Of a stretch of 38,792 nucleotides of DNA, positions 9,996 through 21,776 are shown piece after piece. Within the stretch, counting starts at the first letter, position 1, and each line of letters starts with the position of its first letter. The notes below the pieces were generated by a model. The model had not been told where the DNA came from. It saw only the letters and a program-made list of their open reading frames with translations, and did not search any database. Made by a program: the position numbers and the translations under genes. The DNA is taken from assembly GCA_048213135.1 (NCBI GenBank), contig PS015198.1, forward strand, positions 24,102 to 62,893, in the 5' to 3' direction. The stretch is from Reclinomonas americana ATCC 50394 (taxonomy: Eukaryota).

Positions 9996-12900
9996 TCAAT
10001 CCGCCCGACCCACCTGCACCATGCAATGCGCCGGCCACGTCAAGTACCGATACAGGAACGACGGAATCGCAAAGCTGAAGGCGATAGTGAGAAAACACCC
10101 TCATTTGCGCCCGATGTGCATGTGGTTTTTGAAGCGCTCTCACTTTCCCTTTCCCTTTCCGCCCCCTTCTCCCTTCCACCACCCGCCTCACCTATACCGC
10201 GGCACACCCAACCGCTTGGCAGCTGCATTGCACTCCTCCAACCGCCCACCCTTGCTCCACCCAAACTGCCGCAAATACTCCACCGGCTCCGACGTGCCAA
10301 ACAAAATCGGATGATTGCGATCGCGCATAGCCTTCAAGTACACGCTGTTGAACGAGTGCTCGATCATCGGCTGCGCGCAACGGGGAGGGTGAGGACAGAG
10401 GGGGGAGGCTGAGAGGGGGGGAGGGATAAAAAAGCGCACCGTGTTGACAAAGTCGCACACCAGCTGACTGCCGCGCGGGGACATGGCGGCCGTCGTCGCC
10501 AGCGTGTCCTTCACCAGTGCCTCGGGGAGGTACATGAAGACGCCCTGCGAAATAGGGGGGAAGGGGGAAGGGGAAGGGAGAAGGGCGTTAAGGGAGAAGG
10601 GGAAGGGGAAGGGAGAAGGGGAAGGGGAATGGGAAGGGGAATGGGCAGGGGAAGGGGCAGGGGAAGGGAATGGAAGGGAGAGAGAAAGATAGAGAGCGAG
10701 CGAGAGAGGGAAAGTGATAAAGAACGAAAAAAATCGAATAGAGAGAGAGAGAACAGATAAGCAACATGGTGCAAAAAGAACTTGAGGAGCACGATGGTGA
10801 TGTACTGACAGATGTGCAAAGCACGTTCAACAGAAGGCAACACCGAATAAAGACAAGAAAAAGGGAGAGAAACAGAAGACAGCAGCCCTTCTCCCACTCC
10901 CTTCCCCTACATGGACGCAACTTGCCACACAGATAGTACACGCCCGGCGACGCCAGCATGCACGAGCCAGTGGCCGTCGCACCCAACGCGCCCTGCGCAA
11001 ACGAGGCACCAGTGGCCACCGAGAACACCGCTTGCTGACCAGACGGGTCGCTGGACTGCAGAGAAGCGCTCGAATTCACAGCCGGTGATCCGCTGCAATC
11101 GGCGGCCGCGTACAGGCCAAACGAGCCACCAGCGCCCAGCTGACGATTGGCAAAGTGCTGGCCGGCCACTGTCAGGCGATAGTCGGCGAGACCGTTCACC
11201 AGCTGCGGTGAGCGGCTCACGGCGCTGATGGAGTCTGTTGGGGCGAGGAGGGAGAAAGGAGAGAAAGAAGGAGAGAATGAGCGCAAGGCCAACATAATGG
11301 AAAGGGTGGGCTGAGCACACAAGGTAGCGTATGCGGAAAAATCATCAGCATGGATGGAGACGCAACAGACAAACACAGTGGCCACAAACTCGTTGCGAGC
11401 GGCCGTGCCAGCACCGTCCACGTCGATGCACAGGTACCGCTCACCGCCATTGGCGTCAGCCGACGCATTAAAGGTGAGCGAGGCAGCAGCGTTGGAGTTG
11501 ACGACAGTGGTCGGCGACACGCTGGTGCACGAGCGATCGAGGAAGAGAGTGGCAGTGGAGGCAGTCGACCAGGCAATGGCCGAGCCACTCACATTGATGT
11601 CGACGATCTGGCCAGCGGTGCCGGCCTTGATGGCGATGTTGGAGGGCGAGATGACTTGCGAAGAGAAAACAAAATTGGGCGCGAAAAATCTTTAGTGACA
11701 TGTGCGTTCACCCAACGGTCAATGGTTTCGCGCCCATGGGGCTCGGAAATAGGTAGATGAGGATGCGATAGGGAGGGAGGGAGGGAGGGAGGGAAGAGGG
11801 GAAGAAAGAAAGAGGTGCAAAGAGAGGGGAGAGAGAGAGAGAGCGAGAGAGAAAGGGGAGAAAGGGACAAAGTGGGGGCAGCTGCAGATGAACATGCAGA
11901 CTCACGAACACAAGGAGAATGCGAGTGTGAGAGTGAGAGAACAAGATACTGCAGCACTCGCTGTCATCGTGCGCAGCAAAGTGAGAGTGCCAGCATAAAG
12001 ATCTAGATAAGAACATCGAGTCAAACACTGCACGTGGAGCAGGCTACGCACGCACAAGATGTGCCTCTCTCAAGTACACACACACGCACATATGTGAGAC
12101 TGTTGACAATGAATTGCAAACGAGGAAAACAAGTGCAAAGAGAAAAAGCGCGCGTAAAACCGTTTGGTTGCGAACAAACTTCCTGAATCGGCAGTGTGTG
12201 GCCTGTGCGTGAGAGAGAGAGAGAGAGAGTGTGTGTGTGTGTGTGCACTCACTTACAGCTGCAGCTGTGCTGCACAGCACAGTGAGCGACAGCAGTGCGA
12301 TGAGGCACAGCGCAGTGGTGGAGCGGACAAGAGCGGGAGCTGACATGTTGTTGCCCTCCTGTGCGCACGCGCGAGAGTGGTGAGAGAGAGGCACAGGCAC
12401 GATGGTGGTGTGCGTGTGTGTGTGTGATGGAGAAAAGAGAGAGAGACACACAAGCTTGAGAGAGACGAACACAAAGCACAGCAAGAGATACCAACATGCA
12501 GTCAATGGAAAAGGAAAGCAGGGTGCGACGAAGAAGAGAGTGGAGGCACAGTGGAGGCTGTCAAGAGGGAGGCAAGAGACAAGCGGCAAGGTGAGTGCTC
12601 ACCGAGAGAGACAGAAAAAATTAAGGCTGTGTGCGCCGATCGATCGGTCTGATATCTGCGAAAGTGTATCGAAGCGCAGTCTCCGCACCGGGAATTACAG
12701 ACGACAGCAATGCATCATACACCATCTGAGACATCACAAACATGCAGCCAAACTGCAAGATTTCGGGGTTCGTTTCTCTTTGTCACTCAATATTTCTCGC
12801 TTGCACCGTCCACCATCTTCACTCTAACGCGCAAACTCATCCCTTCTGACCTTCCACGCCCTGTGTATGTATCAAACGAAGATGCAATCCTCACTCCCTC

Positions 12901-13586
12901 TTCTCACCCCCATTCGGCATGCATCGCACGATCTCGCAGTGCTCTCTTTCTCGCTCCCTCGGTCTCCATCCGTGGACCTTTCTTCAGGAAGTGAATGGTA
13001 CAAACTCACCATCCTCTCTTATCTCTGCTCCCACTCTCGACACATAAATATCACTCACCCATTTTACACCGCCCCTGCTCTTCGACACGCATTGCACGAA
13101 CTCCCCGATTGCTCTTTTCCCCCACTATTTTCCTCCATGCCCGCACCCTGACTCACTCCCTTGTTAGCAAAGCAGTGGGTTCATCTGCTCACACGAAGTT
13201 GCAATCCTCTCATTGCCTTTCTTCCTTTCCACCATTGCCCCCGTCATTCTGCTTTCGAATGCGTTGCAGGAACTCATTAGAGCCCTGCCTTCCCTTCTTC
13301 ACCTTCCTCATCCTCTCGACATCTGCGCATGCACTGTCCCTCCTCAGAATGAATGGTACACACCACCATCCTCCCATTCTCGACGCATGAATAACCCCCA
13401 TCTCATCACAAACTAAGTGCATAAACTCACCATGCTATCTCGCTCGCTCGCTTATTCGCCACTTTTCCTCAGCGACACAAACTCACCACTTCCTCATTCC
13501 CATATCTCCCTACTTCCCCTCCACCCAAAATACACACCACTCATCGCTTTACACCACTCCCGCTCTCCCACATACCATCGCACAAG

Positions 13587-13644
<58 letters not shown>

Positions 13645-15967
13645 CACACACACACTACTACTACTACTACGTACCGTCGTCGTCACTACGTCGACGTACG
13701 CGGCGGCCGGTACCGGACCGACCGTACCGACCGACCGACCNNNNNNNNNNNNNNNNNNNNNNNNNNNNNNNNNNNNNNNNNNNNNNNNNNNNNNNNNNNN
13801 NNNNNNNNNNNNNNNNNNNNNNNNNNNNNNNNNNNNNNNNNNNNNNNNNNNNNNNNNNNNNNNNNNNNNNNNNNNNNNNNNNNNNNNNNNNNNNNNNNNN
13901 NNNNNNNNNNNNNNNNNNNNNNNNNNNNNNNNNNNNNNNNNNNNNNNNNNNNNGGGACGAAAAGGGGGGAGGAAAAGGGGGACGAAAGGGGGAGGAAAGG
14001 GGGACGAAAGGGGGAGGAAAGGGGGAAGGGGGGAGGCGAAGGGAGAGGTTGAGAGGGGGGAGGAATGGGGAGGGAAAGGGAGGGAGGGAGAAGGGAAGGG
14101 GAAGAAGAGAGCGGAGGAAGAAAAATGCTCTCTCGTTCTCCCTCCGCCCATCTCTTCCCCTTTCCTCCCCATTCCCACCTCTTTCCCTCGCCTATTCCCC
14201 TCCCCCTTCCACCCTCCCCACCCCTCTCCTCTCGAATGAGAGTGGACGCAGCAAATCCTTTCTCTTTCTCTCTTCTTCCTGCGCCTCTCGTGTTGAAGTA
14301 AGGGAGCGCATTCTTCTTCTTTTGCTTCCTTTCCTTCATCTTCGAGAGAATGACGTGTGAGAGTGCAATTCACACTCTCTCCTTTGTTTCCTCTCGTTTT
14401 CTTCGTCCATATATTCTTTTCCTCTCTCGAATGCCTGGTAGACAAAAGTGCCAGTTCTTCCTCTGCCTCTTCTTCTCCTTCATTTCCTCTTGGCAAGACG
14501 ACAGAAAGTGTGCTTCTTTCTCTCTCTCTCCTCTGAGTGCGCTTGTCTTGTCTCCTCTTTTTACTCTTACTCCCTCTCGAACAACAAAAGAGGGAAGACG
14601 TTAAAGGTTCTTTTTCTTCTTCCTCGGCTCATTCTTCCCTTGTGAGAAAGACATCACAGAGTGCAGTTCTCTCTTTTCTCTTTCCCCTCTCGTCAGAGAA
14701 GAGCACATATCCTTTCGGTCTTTTCTCTTCCTCTCTCTATCTCGAGGCAATCAGGAAAAGAGGTGCATTGTTCTTCGTATTTCTCTCTGCGCAGCAGACA
14801 AGATCGTGCGTTTCCTAAGTCTTCCTTCTCTCTTCTTCCGCTCTTCTCGACTGAGAGAGTGCAAATTGCACATCATCCTCTTCTCCTCTACCTGCATGCC
14901 TTCTTCCTCTTCTTTGTCCTTCATTCTTCTCCAGAAAAAGGCGACAGATCCTTCTTTCTCTCTCACCAGAAACCCTGCATGTCTGATCTCCTCTTCTCTC
15001 TTCCCCTCTCGAGCGACAATATGCATAGTTCATCGTCTTCCTCCTCTCGTCCTCTTGCCCTTCCACCTCCCCCTCCCTTCTTCCTTCTCCTTCTCACCTT
15101 GGTATCCATTCCACACCCCAGAACGCACACATCCACGGCCTTGGCGCCGGAACTCTCCTGCATTGACACCCAACCCATGTAAGCACCCTCCTTCCTCCCT
15201 TCCCCCTTACTCCCCACCCCCTCACCAACGCCCTGTGCACCGCCTCCAAACACCAATCGTCCATGACGCGATGGCGCAACGGCAGCCCGCGCGCAAACGC
15301 ATCGCCCACCGTGCGCACTTTCTCCGCCGACGGCCGGAACCCGGCAACACCGCGGCGCTGCAGCTCCGTCACCCACAGCTCTTGGAAGAAGAGGGTCTTG
15401 TCGCGGCCGTCTGCGAGGGAGGGAGGGGGGAGGAGTGAGATACAAGCGACAACAGAGATGGGTGTTGGTTGTGTGACTTGCCTTTGTTGACAAACACCGC
15501 GGAGAGCGGGTCGTTCAGCACGCGGTCGTTGGCAGGGCGAGCGGCTTCCACTGCGCAAGAGAGGCGTGGAGGGGGAGAGGGGGGGAGAGAGGCAGAGACA
15601 GGCAAGGAGAGAAGCAGGTGCGGAAAGAGGCGGGTGCGGAAAGGTACAAATAGAGAGAGAGAGAGAATGAGAGAGAGAGAGAGAGAGCGCGCGCGCGAGA
15701 GAGAGAGATATACAACGAGAATCCCAGAATCTTTGAATCAGCGAACCGTTTCATGTGCATGACAAAACTTCAATGCGCTCGGCCCGACTTACATNNNNNN
15801 NNNNNNNNNNNNNNACCAGTGGTGGCGACGGGAAGCAGCGGAATCGAGGGCGGCGGTGTGTCATTGGCATTGACTGACACTAGCAGCTGCGAGAGAGAAC
15901 GCGAATGTTGCTGCTGCTGGCGCGGAGCAGCAAGCAGAGTGCGAGTGGTGCGCGAGAGGAGAAGCAT
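9996..15967 (-). CDS. SAM-dependent methyltransferase, LCM/TIGR00027-like family, with a possible N-terminal organellar targeting peptide; middle exon(s) not visible, probably in gap 13741-13953
   Basis: Exons 15967-~15793 (contains a small gap), 15550-15482, 15410-15226, 15157-15098, [missing], 10544-10440, 10370-10192, 10074-9996. Motifs: xEAARP..RVLNDPLS, RHRVMDD, VCVLGCGMDTK, GVFMYLPE, GSQLVCDF. Confidence 0.8.
10922..12346 (-). pseudogene. 5' part of a secreted or surface protein gene, nested on the same strand in the methyltransferase intron; apparently 3'-truncated
   Basis: Signal-peptide exon 12346-12257 (MSAPALVRSTTALCLIALLSLTVLCSTAAA), probable exons 12202-12180 and 11762-11717, then 11655-11367 and 11234-~10922. 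These encode beta-rich sequence with two YLC motifs (ERYLCID, GVYYLC). No downstream exon found. Confidence 0.6.
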
Positions 15968-16077
15968 TGGTGGCGTCTCTCTCCCTTCGTGTGTGTTGGA
16001 TAGACGGAGGCGGACACGCGCGTTTTCGATATCCGTTTCGGGAATTATGGATTGCAGCGTAATAACAGCAGCGTGGC

Positions 16078-16350
16078 AACCCTCAGCCCTCAACCCTCGA
16101 TCATCAACCCTCACTATTCGACCCTCAAACCTCAACCCTCAACCCTTCACACTCAAACCTTAACCCTCAACCCTTCACCCTCAACCCTCAACCCTCGTCC
16201 CTCAACCCTCCACCCTTAACCCTCAACCCTCGACCATCAACCATCAACCCTCCAGCAGCAACCCTCGTCCCTCAACCCTTCCTCCACTACCCTCCACCCT
16301 TCCCCCACTACCCCATTACCCTCCACCCTCCACCCTCAACCCTCAACCCT
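16078..16350. repeat. Degenerate heptamer array (CCCTCAA / TTGAGGG)n, telomere-like, intergenic
   Basis: Many aaccctc, accctcaa and acccttaa units between the Vps41-like stop (16401) and the methyltransferase ATG (15967). Confidence 0.75.
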
Positions 16351-16400
16351 TTCCGCATTACCCCCTTCCCCTCTCACGGAATGCAACACAAACCACTTCA

Positions 16401-17630
16401 CTACGGCGATAATGGCGATGGCGACGGCGATGCCGCAGTACGCGGCGACACCATAAACTGCGACGGTGGCTGGCTGCTCAACGTGGATGGAGCGCGCCCT
16501 CGTCGTTGATGTTTCGAGCTGTCAATCTCCCGGCAGTATGCCTCCAGGCCGAGTTGAGCGCACCGCTCGCGAACTGCGCGTGAGGGGAGGGATAGGTGAG
16601 AAGGAGAGAAGGAAGTGCATGGACAAGTAAACATGCTGACCTGGTTGAGCATCAAAGTACACACTGGTGCGCAGCACCGACTCGAAGACCTCAATCAGTT
16701 GCTTTTCGACGGCCAGTGGGAATACTGCGTATGCGTGGAAATATGAGAGGCAGATGAGAAGTGGCGGGAAGTGATCGAGGGCAGGAAAGGGAAGAAAATG
16801 ACGCTCACACTAACACGCACACGCATACTCAGAAAAAAGAGAGAGGTGGACAGCAAGGTACGAGGTGATATGATAGCGAAATTGAATGAGGAAGAACGTC
16901 TTTCCCTCCTCCTCTGCATTTTTTCGTTGCAGAGAAAGCGCACAAGAGGTAAAGTCGAACAAAGGATCTCACTCTCGAACTCAATCACGCTCACTCACTG
17001 ACTGACTCACCCTCTTCTCACTCTCCTCAACCTAAATCGTACCCCATGCCACCTGCTTCCTCAAGCACTCAAGTACTCTCTCACTTCCTCACTCACTCTC
17101 CCTTCAATTCTCTGGCGCACACATTCCATCATTCCCTCCACTTTCATGTCTCACCACCACTGGACTCGCTGACTCCTCCACCCTCCACTTTTCAACCTCC
17201 ACTCTCAGCACACACAAACTCACTGCACCACCTTCCTTCCTCACACTCAGACACACACATCTTTGGCTCGCTTTCTAGCACTCCAACTCCATTGGCTTCC
17301 CACTCACACTCCAATACCCCCCCCCACACACACACACACACATACACNNNNNNNNNNNNNNNNNNNNAGAGAGAGAGATAGAGAGAGAGAACGCACAGCT
17401 GTGGCTACATGAAAGGCACAGAGAGAACAATGGCAACACATAATGCAACAGACCCACGGAAGAGAGAGAGAGAGAGAGAGATGAAACATTCACGGAGAGA
17501 AGAGAGGACAGCTATCCAGTGTATTCCATGGGTGTATAAACTGTGTGTGATGTGTACTTTCATGCACATGATCACGACGAGTAATCGAACCTGACACCTG
17601 CAATCGTTTTGGCCGACACACACACACACA

Positions 17631-17678
<48 letters not shown>

Positions 17679-18627
17679 CACTCACTGCTCCACATTCCTC
17701 ACTCGCCCTCACACTCACACACACATCTTTGGCTCGCGTCTAACTCTATCACTCGCACCCACCTTCCTCACTCACTCACTGCCTATCTCATTACCTTGCT
17801 TGCAGCACCCTGCACGGACTAAATTATACTTACTTACACACTCAATCTCTAACTCCCTCACTCCCCCTTCCCCCTCTCCCCCTTTCCCCTTCCCACGCAC
17901 ATGGCGGCTCCTCCTCCTCCGCCTCAAACGCCGGAGTCGACGGCACCGCCGGCGGCGGCGACGACAACGACGACGGACTGTCGGTCACATCCGTAAACCT
18001 CGACGACGACGACGACGACACCCCCTGCTGCTGCGGCGGCGACTCCACGCCCACCGGCGACGGACTCGCCGTGGATGGCGAGCGATCGCGCATCGCGGGC
18101 GACAGCGACATGGACGACGGCGAGGCCGCGCCAGTCATCATGTCGCTGAATTGCCGCTGCCGCGCGGTGCGCCGGTACGCCGGCGCCACCACCTTTTCCA
18201 GCAGCCACGCAATGAGATCGGCGTGGTAGCGCGACGAGCGCTGCGGGTCGGTGCGGGTGACGCGGGCGAGGAAGAGAAATTTGAGTTCCTCGTCGGGCGC
18301 CAGCAGCTCCACCATGTGATACATGTCGAGGGTGCACTGCGAGAATTCTTGCAGGGCGCGGACTGGATTCAACTCCACGAGCTGCGCGGGAGGGGAGAAG
18401 GGGGAAAGGCAAAGGGTGAGGAATGGGGAAGGGTGAGAAGGGGAAGGGAACGGGATAAATATCAACAAAGGGCAAAGGAAGAGTGAGAGAGAAAAGGGAG
18501 AAGGCAGGCAGGAGAATGGAGGAGGATAGGATTGAAGGCAGAAACGGCAATCGAGGAGACGGACGAGCGCGACAGCGAATTGTCAAATAGTTGAAGAAAG
18601 ACAGCTTCATATTGAGAGAATGATGGC

Positions 18628-18680
<53 letters not shown>

Positions 18681-21600
18681 AACACTCAAATGCAAACAGA
18701 ACGAGAGAACACCGCAGAGGGAATGAGACAGACAATGCACGAGAGACGGGGAACGAAAGAACGAGAGAGAAGAGGAGACACAGACAGAGACAGAGAGATA
18801 CAGAGCGTCAAAGAGAGAGATACAGAGACAGAGTCAGAGACAAAGAGATAGATAGAGAGAAAGATAACGTGGCGAAGACAACAGAGACAGAGTCAGAGAC
18901 AAGCGAGATCGATAGAGAGAAAGAAATCGTGGCGGAGACAGAAATAGAGATAGAGAGCGAGACAGAGACAACGAAAGTGAGACAGAGAAAAGAGCGTAAG
19001 TTACGGAGGAGAGATACAACGGCGAACAAGCTAGGATACTCACACAACGTAAAGAGAGAGAGAGTGTGTGTGTGTTGAGCTTTACAAAACAGAGCGAGTG
19101 ACCGGAGACAGACACTTGTGCAATACCGCACGCAACAGAAGGAAACGAATGAGGAAAGGACGAAATGAGCACACGGATGGTGCAGCAGACAAGAACAGAG
19201 CATGCGAGTGCGAATGCAACAGAGTGAGACCAGAGGAAAACGCACTCTCTCTCTCTTTCTCTCGCGACGAGAAAGGTGTGTGGGCGACGTCGCCGAGAAA
19301 CAACAGCAGCGAGACGGAAAACAAAATCACAGTGAGCATAAAAGAGGACAGTGACGCCACTGAGAAAAAAGACATAATACAGCGCGGGCCGACATGGCAA
19401 AACAAACACAATCAAAAGTAAAGCAAGCAAGAGAATGACAGACACTGAAACACGAGAAGAAGAATACGAACAAAACTCTCACACAAGAGAGAGAGAAGGA
19501 CAATGAATCCAGATCATTAAAGTGGGTCGACAGCAAACTCACGTCCAGCATCTTCTCAATATCTTTCCCTTCTCTCTCCCATCCCTTCACCCCCTTCTCC
19601 CCTCCCTCACCCTGAACACCAAATCCGTCTTGAACCGCTGCTGCAACTGATCATTAGCCCCCTCCGCCTCCTCCGCCTCCGAACCCATACTCGACGACGA
19701 AATGGCCGGCCGCATACCCCCCGGTCCCACCCGCGGAGCCAGATGCATGCTGGGCGCGGCGTTGGCCGCTCGAGCCGCCGCCGTGGGGTCGCCACCGGGG
19801 TCCTCCTTGAGCGCAAATTTGACGGCGTGTTCGCGAAAGTAGTCAAAGGCGCGCTCGTCGCGAAGGTCCAGCAGGACTTCCAGGGCCTCGAGGTACTGCG
19901 ATGGGGAAAAGAGGAGAGGGGAGAAGGGATGAGGGGGAAGGAGAAGGGACGAGGGGAAAAGGGAGAAGTGATGAGGGAAGAGAGCAGTAGGCAGAAGGGA
20001 TGACGGAGTTGCGATCAAACACGGCGACAGACTCCGTCAAGACGCGACCTTGATACCAGTGGAGAGCGGATGGAACAGGGATGCAACAGAAGGACAGCAA
20101 ACAAAATGACAACAGAGACGAGTGGGAGGAGAGAGCGAGTGAATACTGGCATGAGAAGGGCACCAATTGAGGGCAACTGAGAACAGAGTAAAAAGAGGTC
20201 AAAGAAAAACAATTTTGCAAGCTGTCAGTCTCATATTCTCCTTGCGTCTCTCTCTTCCTCTCAACTCATTGTCTCTCACTCGTACCTTCTCATCTCAAAC
20301 CTTCTCTCATTCTCTCGTCCTCACATGTTGCAGTCTTTCTTCCCTATTCTCTCCACTCACTGCTCCTCTTATTCTCTGCCATTTTATCATCTCGCTGACT
20401 CGTTCTCTCATTCCTTGCATCTCGCCTTCATCTCACTCGCATTCTCTCATCTCGACACTCCTCTCATTACTCACACCTCACATTGCAGTCTTTCGCTCTT
20501 CCTTGTTCTCTCCACTCTGAGTCCCTCTTATTTTCCCTCATTTCCTCATCTCGCTGTCTCTCTCTCTCCCATCCTCTTTCATTGTCTCACATCTTCTCTC
20601 ACCGCCTCCTATCTCTCAGTTCTCCTCAACTCGTTGTCTCTCTCGTTCTCTCTCCTCCTCTCATGCCCTCCCATTTCGCAGTCTCTCATCTTGTCTCTCT
20701 GATTCTCAGCTCTCTCCTTCCTCTCTCACCCCCTCATCTCGCTGTCTCTCTAATTCTCCCTTTCCCAATTCTCTCTCCCCCTTCCCCTGTCCCTTCCCCT
20801 CTATCCCCCTTTCCCCAAAATGCACCTTGTGACTGTAATCCAACAACCTATGCAACGCCCGCAGCAAATCCACAATCTGCCGCACTTGCTCCGTCGTCGG
20901 CACCGGCAACCCGAGCTGCGCCAGCGACTCGGCCGACAAGCTCCCCAGATTCTGTGCCGCCGACGGCGTGCGCGGGAGTCGCGGCGCGAGTGGTGTGCGC
21001 GCCGGTCCACCACCGAGAGGTGACGCCACGGCGCGACGAGTGACCGACGGTGTCATGTTGGCCTCGCGCAGCACTTCGTAGATGCCGGAGCGGGCGCTGT
21101 GTGGAGTTGAGTGAGAGAGAGAGAGAGGATAGTAAAAGGAGAGGAGAGAGATGACTGGACGCACGGTGTGGCCACGACAATGCGCGGCGAGAAACTGGAC
21201 ATGTTCAGGCCGCGCGTGACCTCCAGAAGTTCCTCGCGCACACGCTTGGCGAGTTGTCCTGCGACGTCGAGTGACAGATGAGCATCACCACTCTCTGTAC
21301 GAAAAAGGGAGAGACGCAACTGGTGGAGTAATAAATGGGCCAGCGAGTGACGCAGCCGAGAAAGGTGCGGTAGTCCTTCCGCTTCAAAAACGTCTCCAGG
21401 ACGCGAAAGTACACGTCGCCTTTGAGAAGCGAGCGGCTGTTGAAGGGGAGGTATTCTTCCAGCAGGGGGAGTTGGTCGCACTGCGCAAAAGGGGGAAGAA
21501 GAGAGAGAGGAGAGAGATTGAGAAAGTAAGAAGACGAAGGAGAAGAAGAAGAAGAAGAGGAGGAGGAGGAGGAGGAGGAGAAGAAGAGCAAGAACAAAAA

Positions 21601-21743
21601 GAAGACGAAGAAGAAGAATAACAAGAACAAGAACAAGAAGAAGGAGAACAATTACAAGAAGAAGAATAACAAGAACAAGAAGAAGAAGAAGAAGAAGAAG
21701 AACAAGGACAGGCGAACAGGAAGAAGAAGAAGCAGAGGAGCAG

Positions 21744-21776
<33 letters not shown>

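Noticed and set aside
13660-13740. Odd TACG/GTCG/ACCG-rich, palindrome-like stretch
   Set aside because: It abuts an N-gap and looks like a low-quality pyrosequencing read end.
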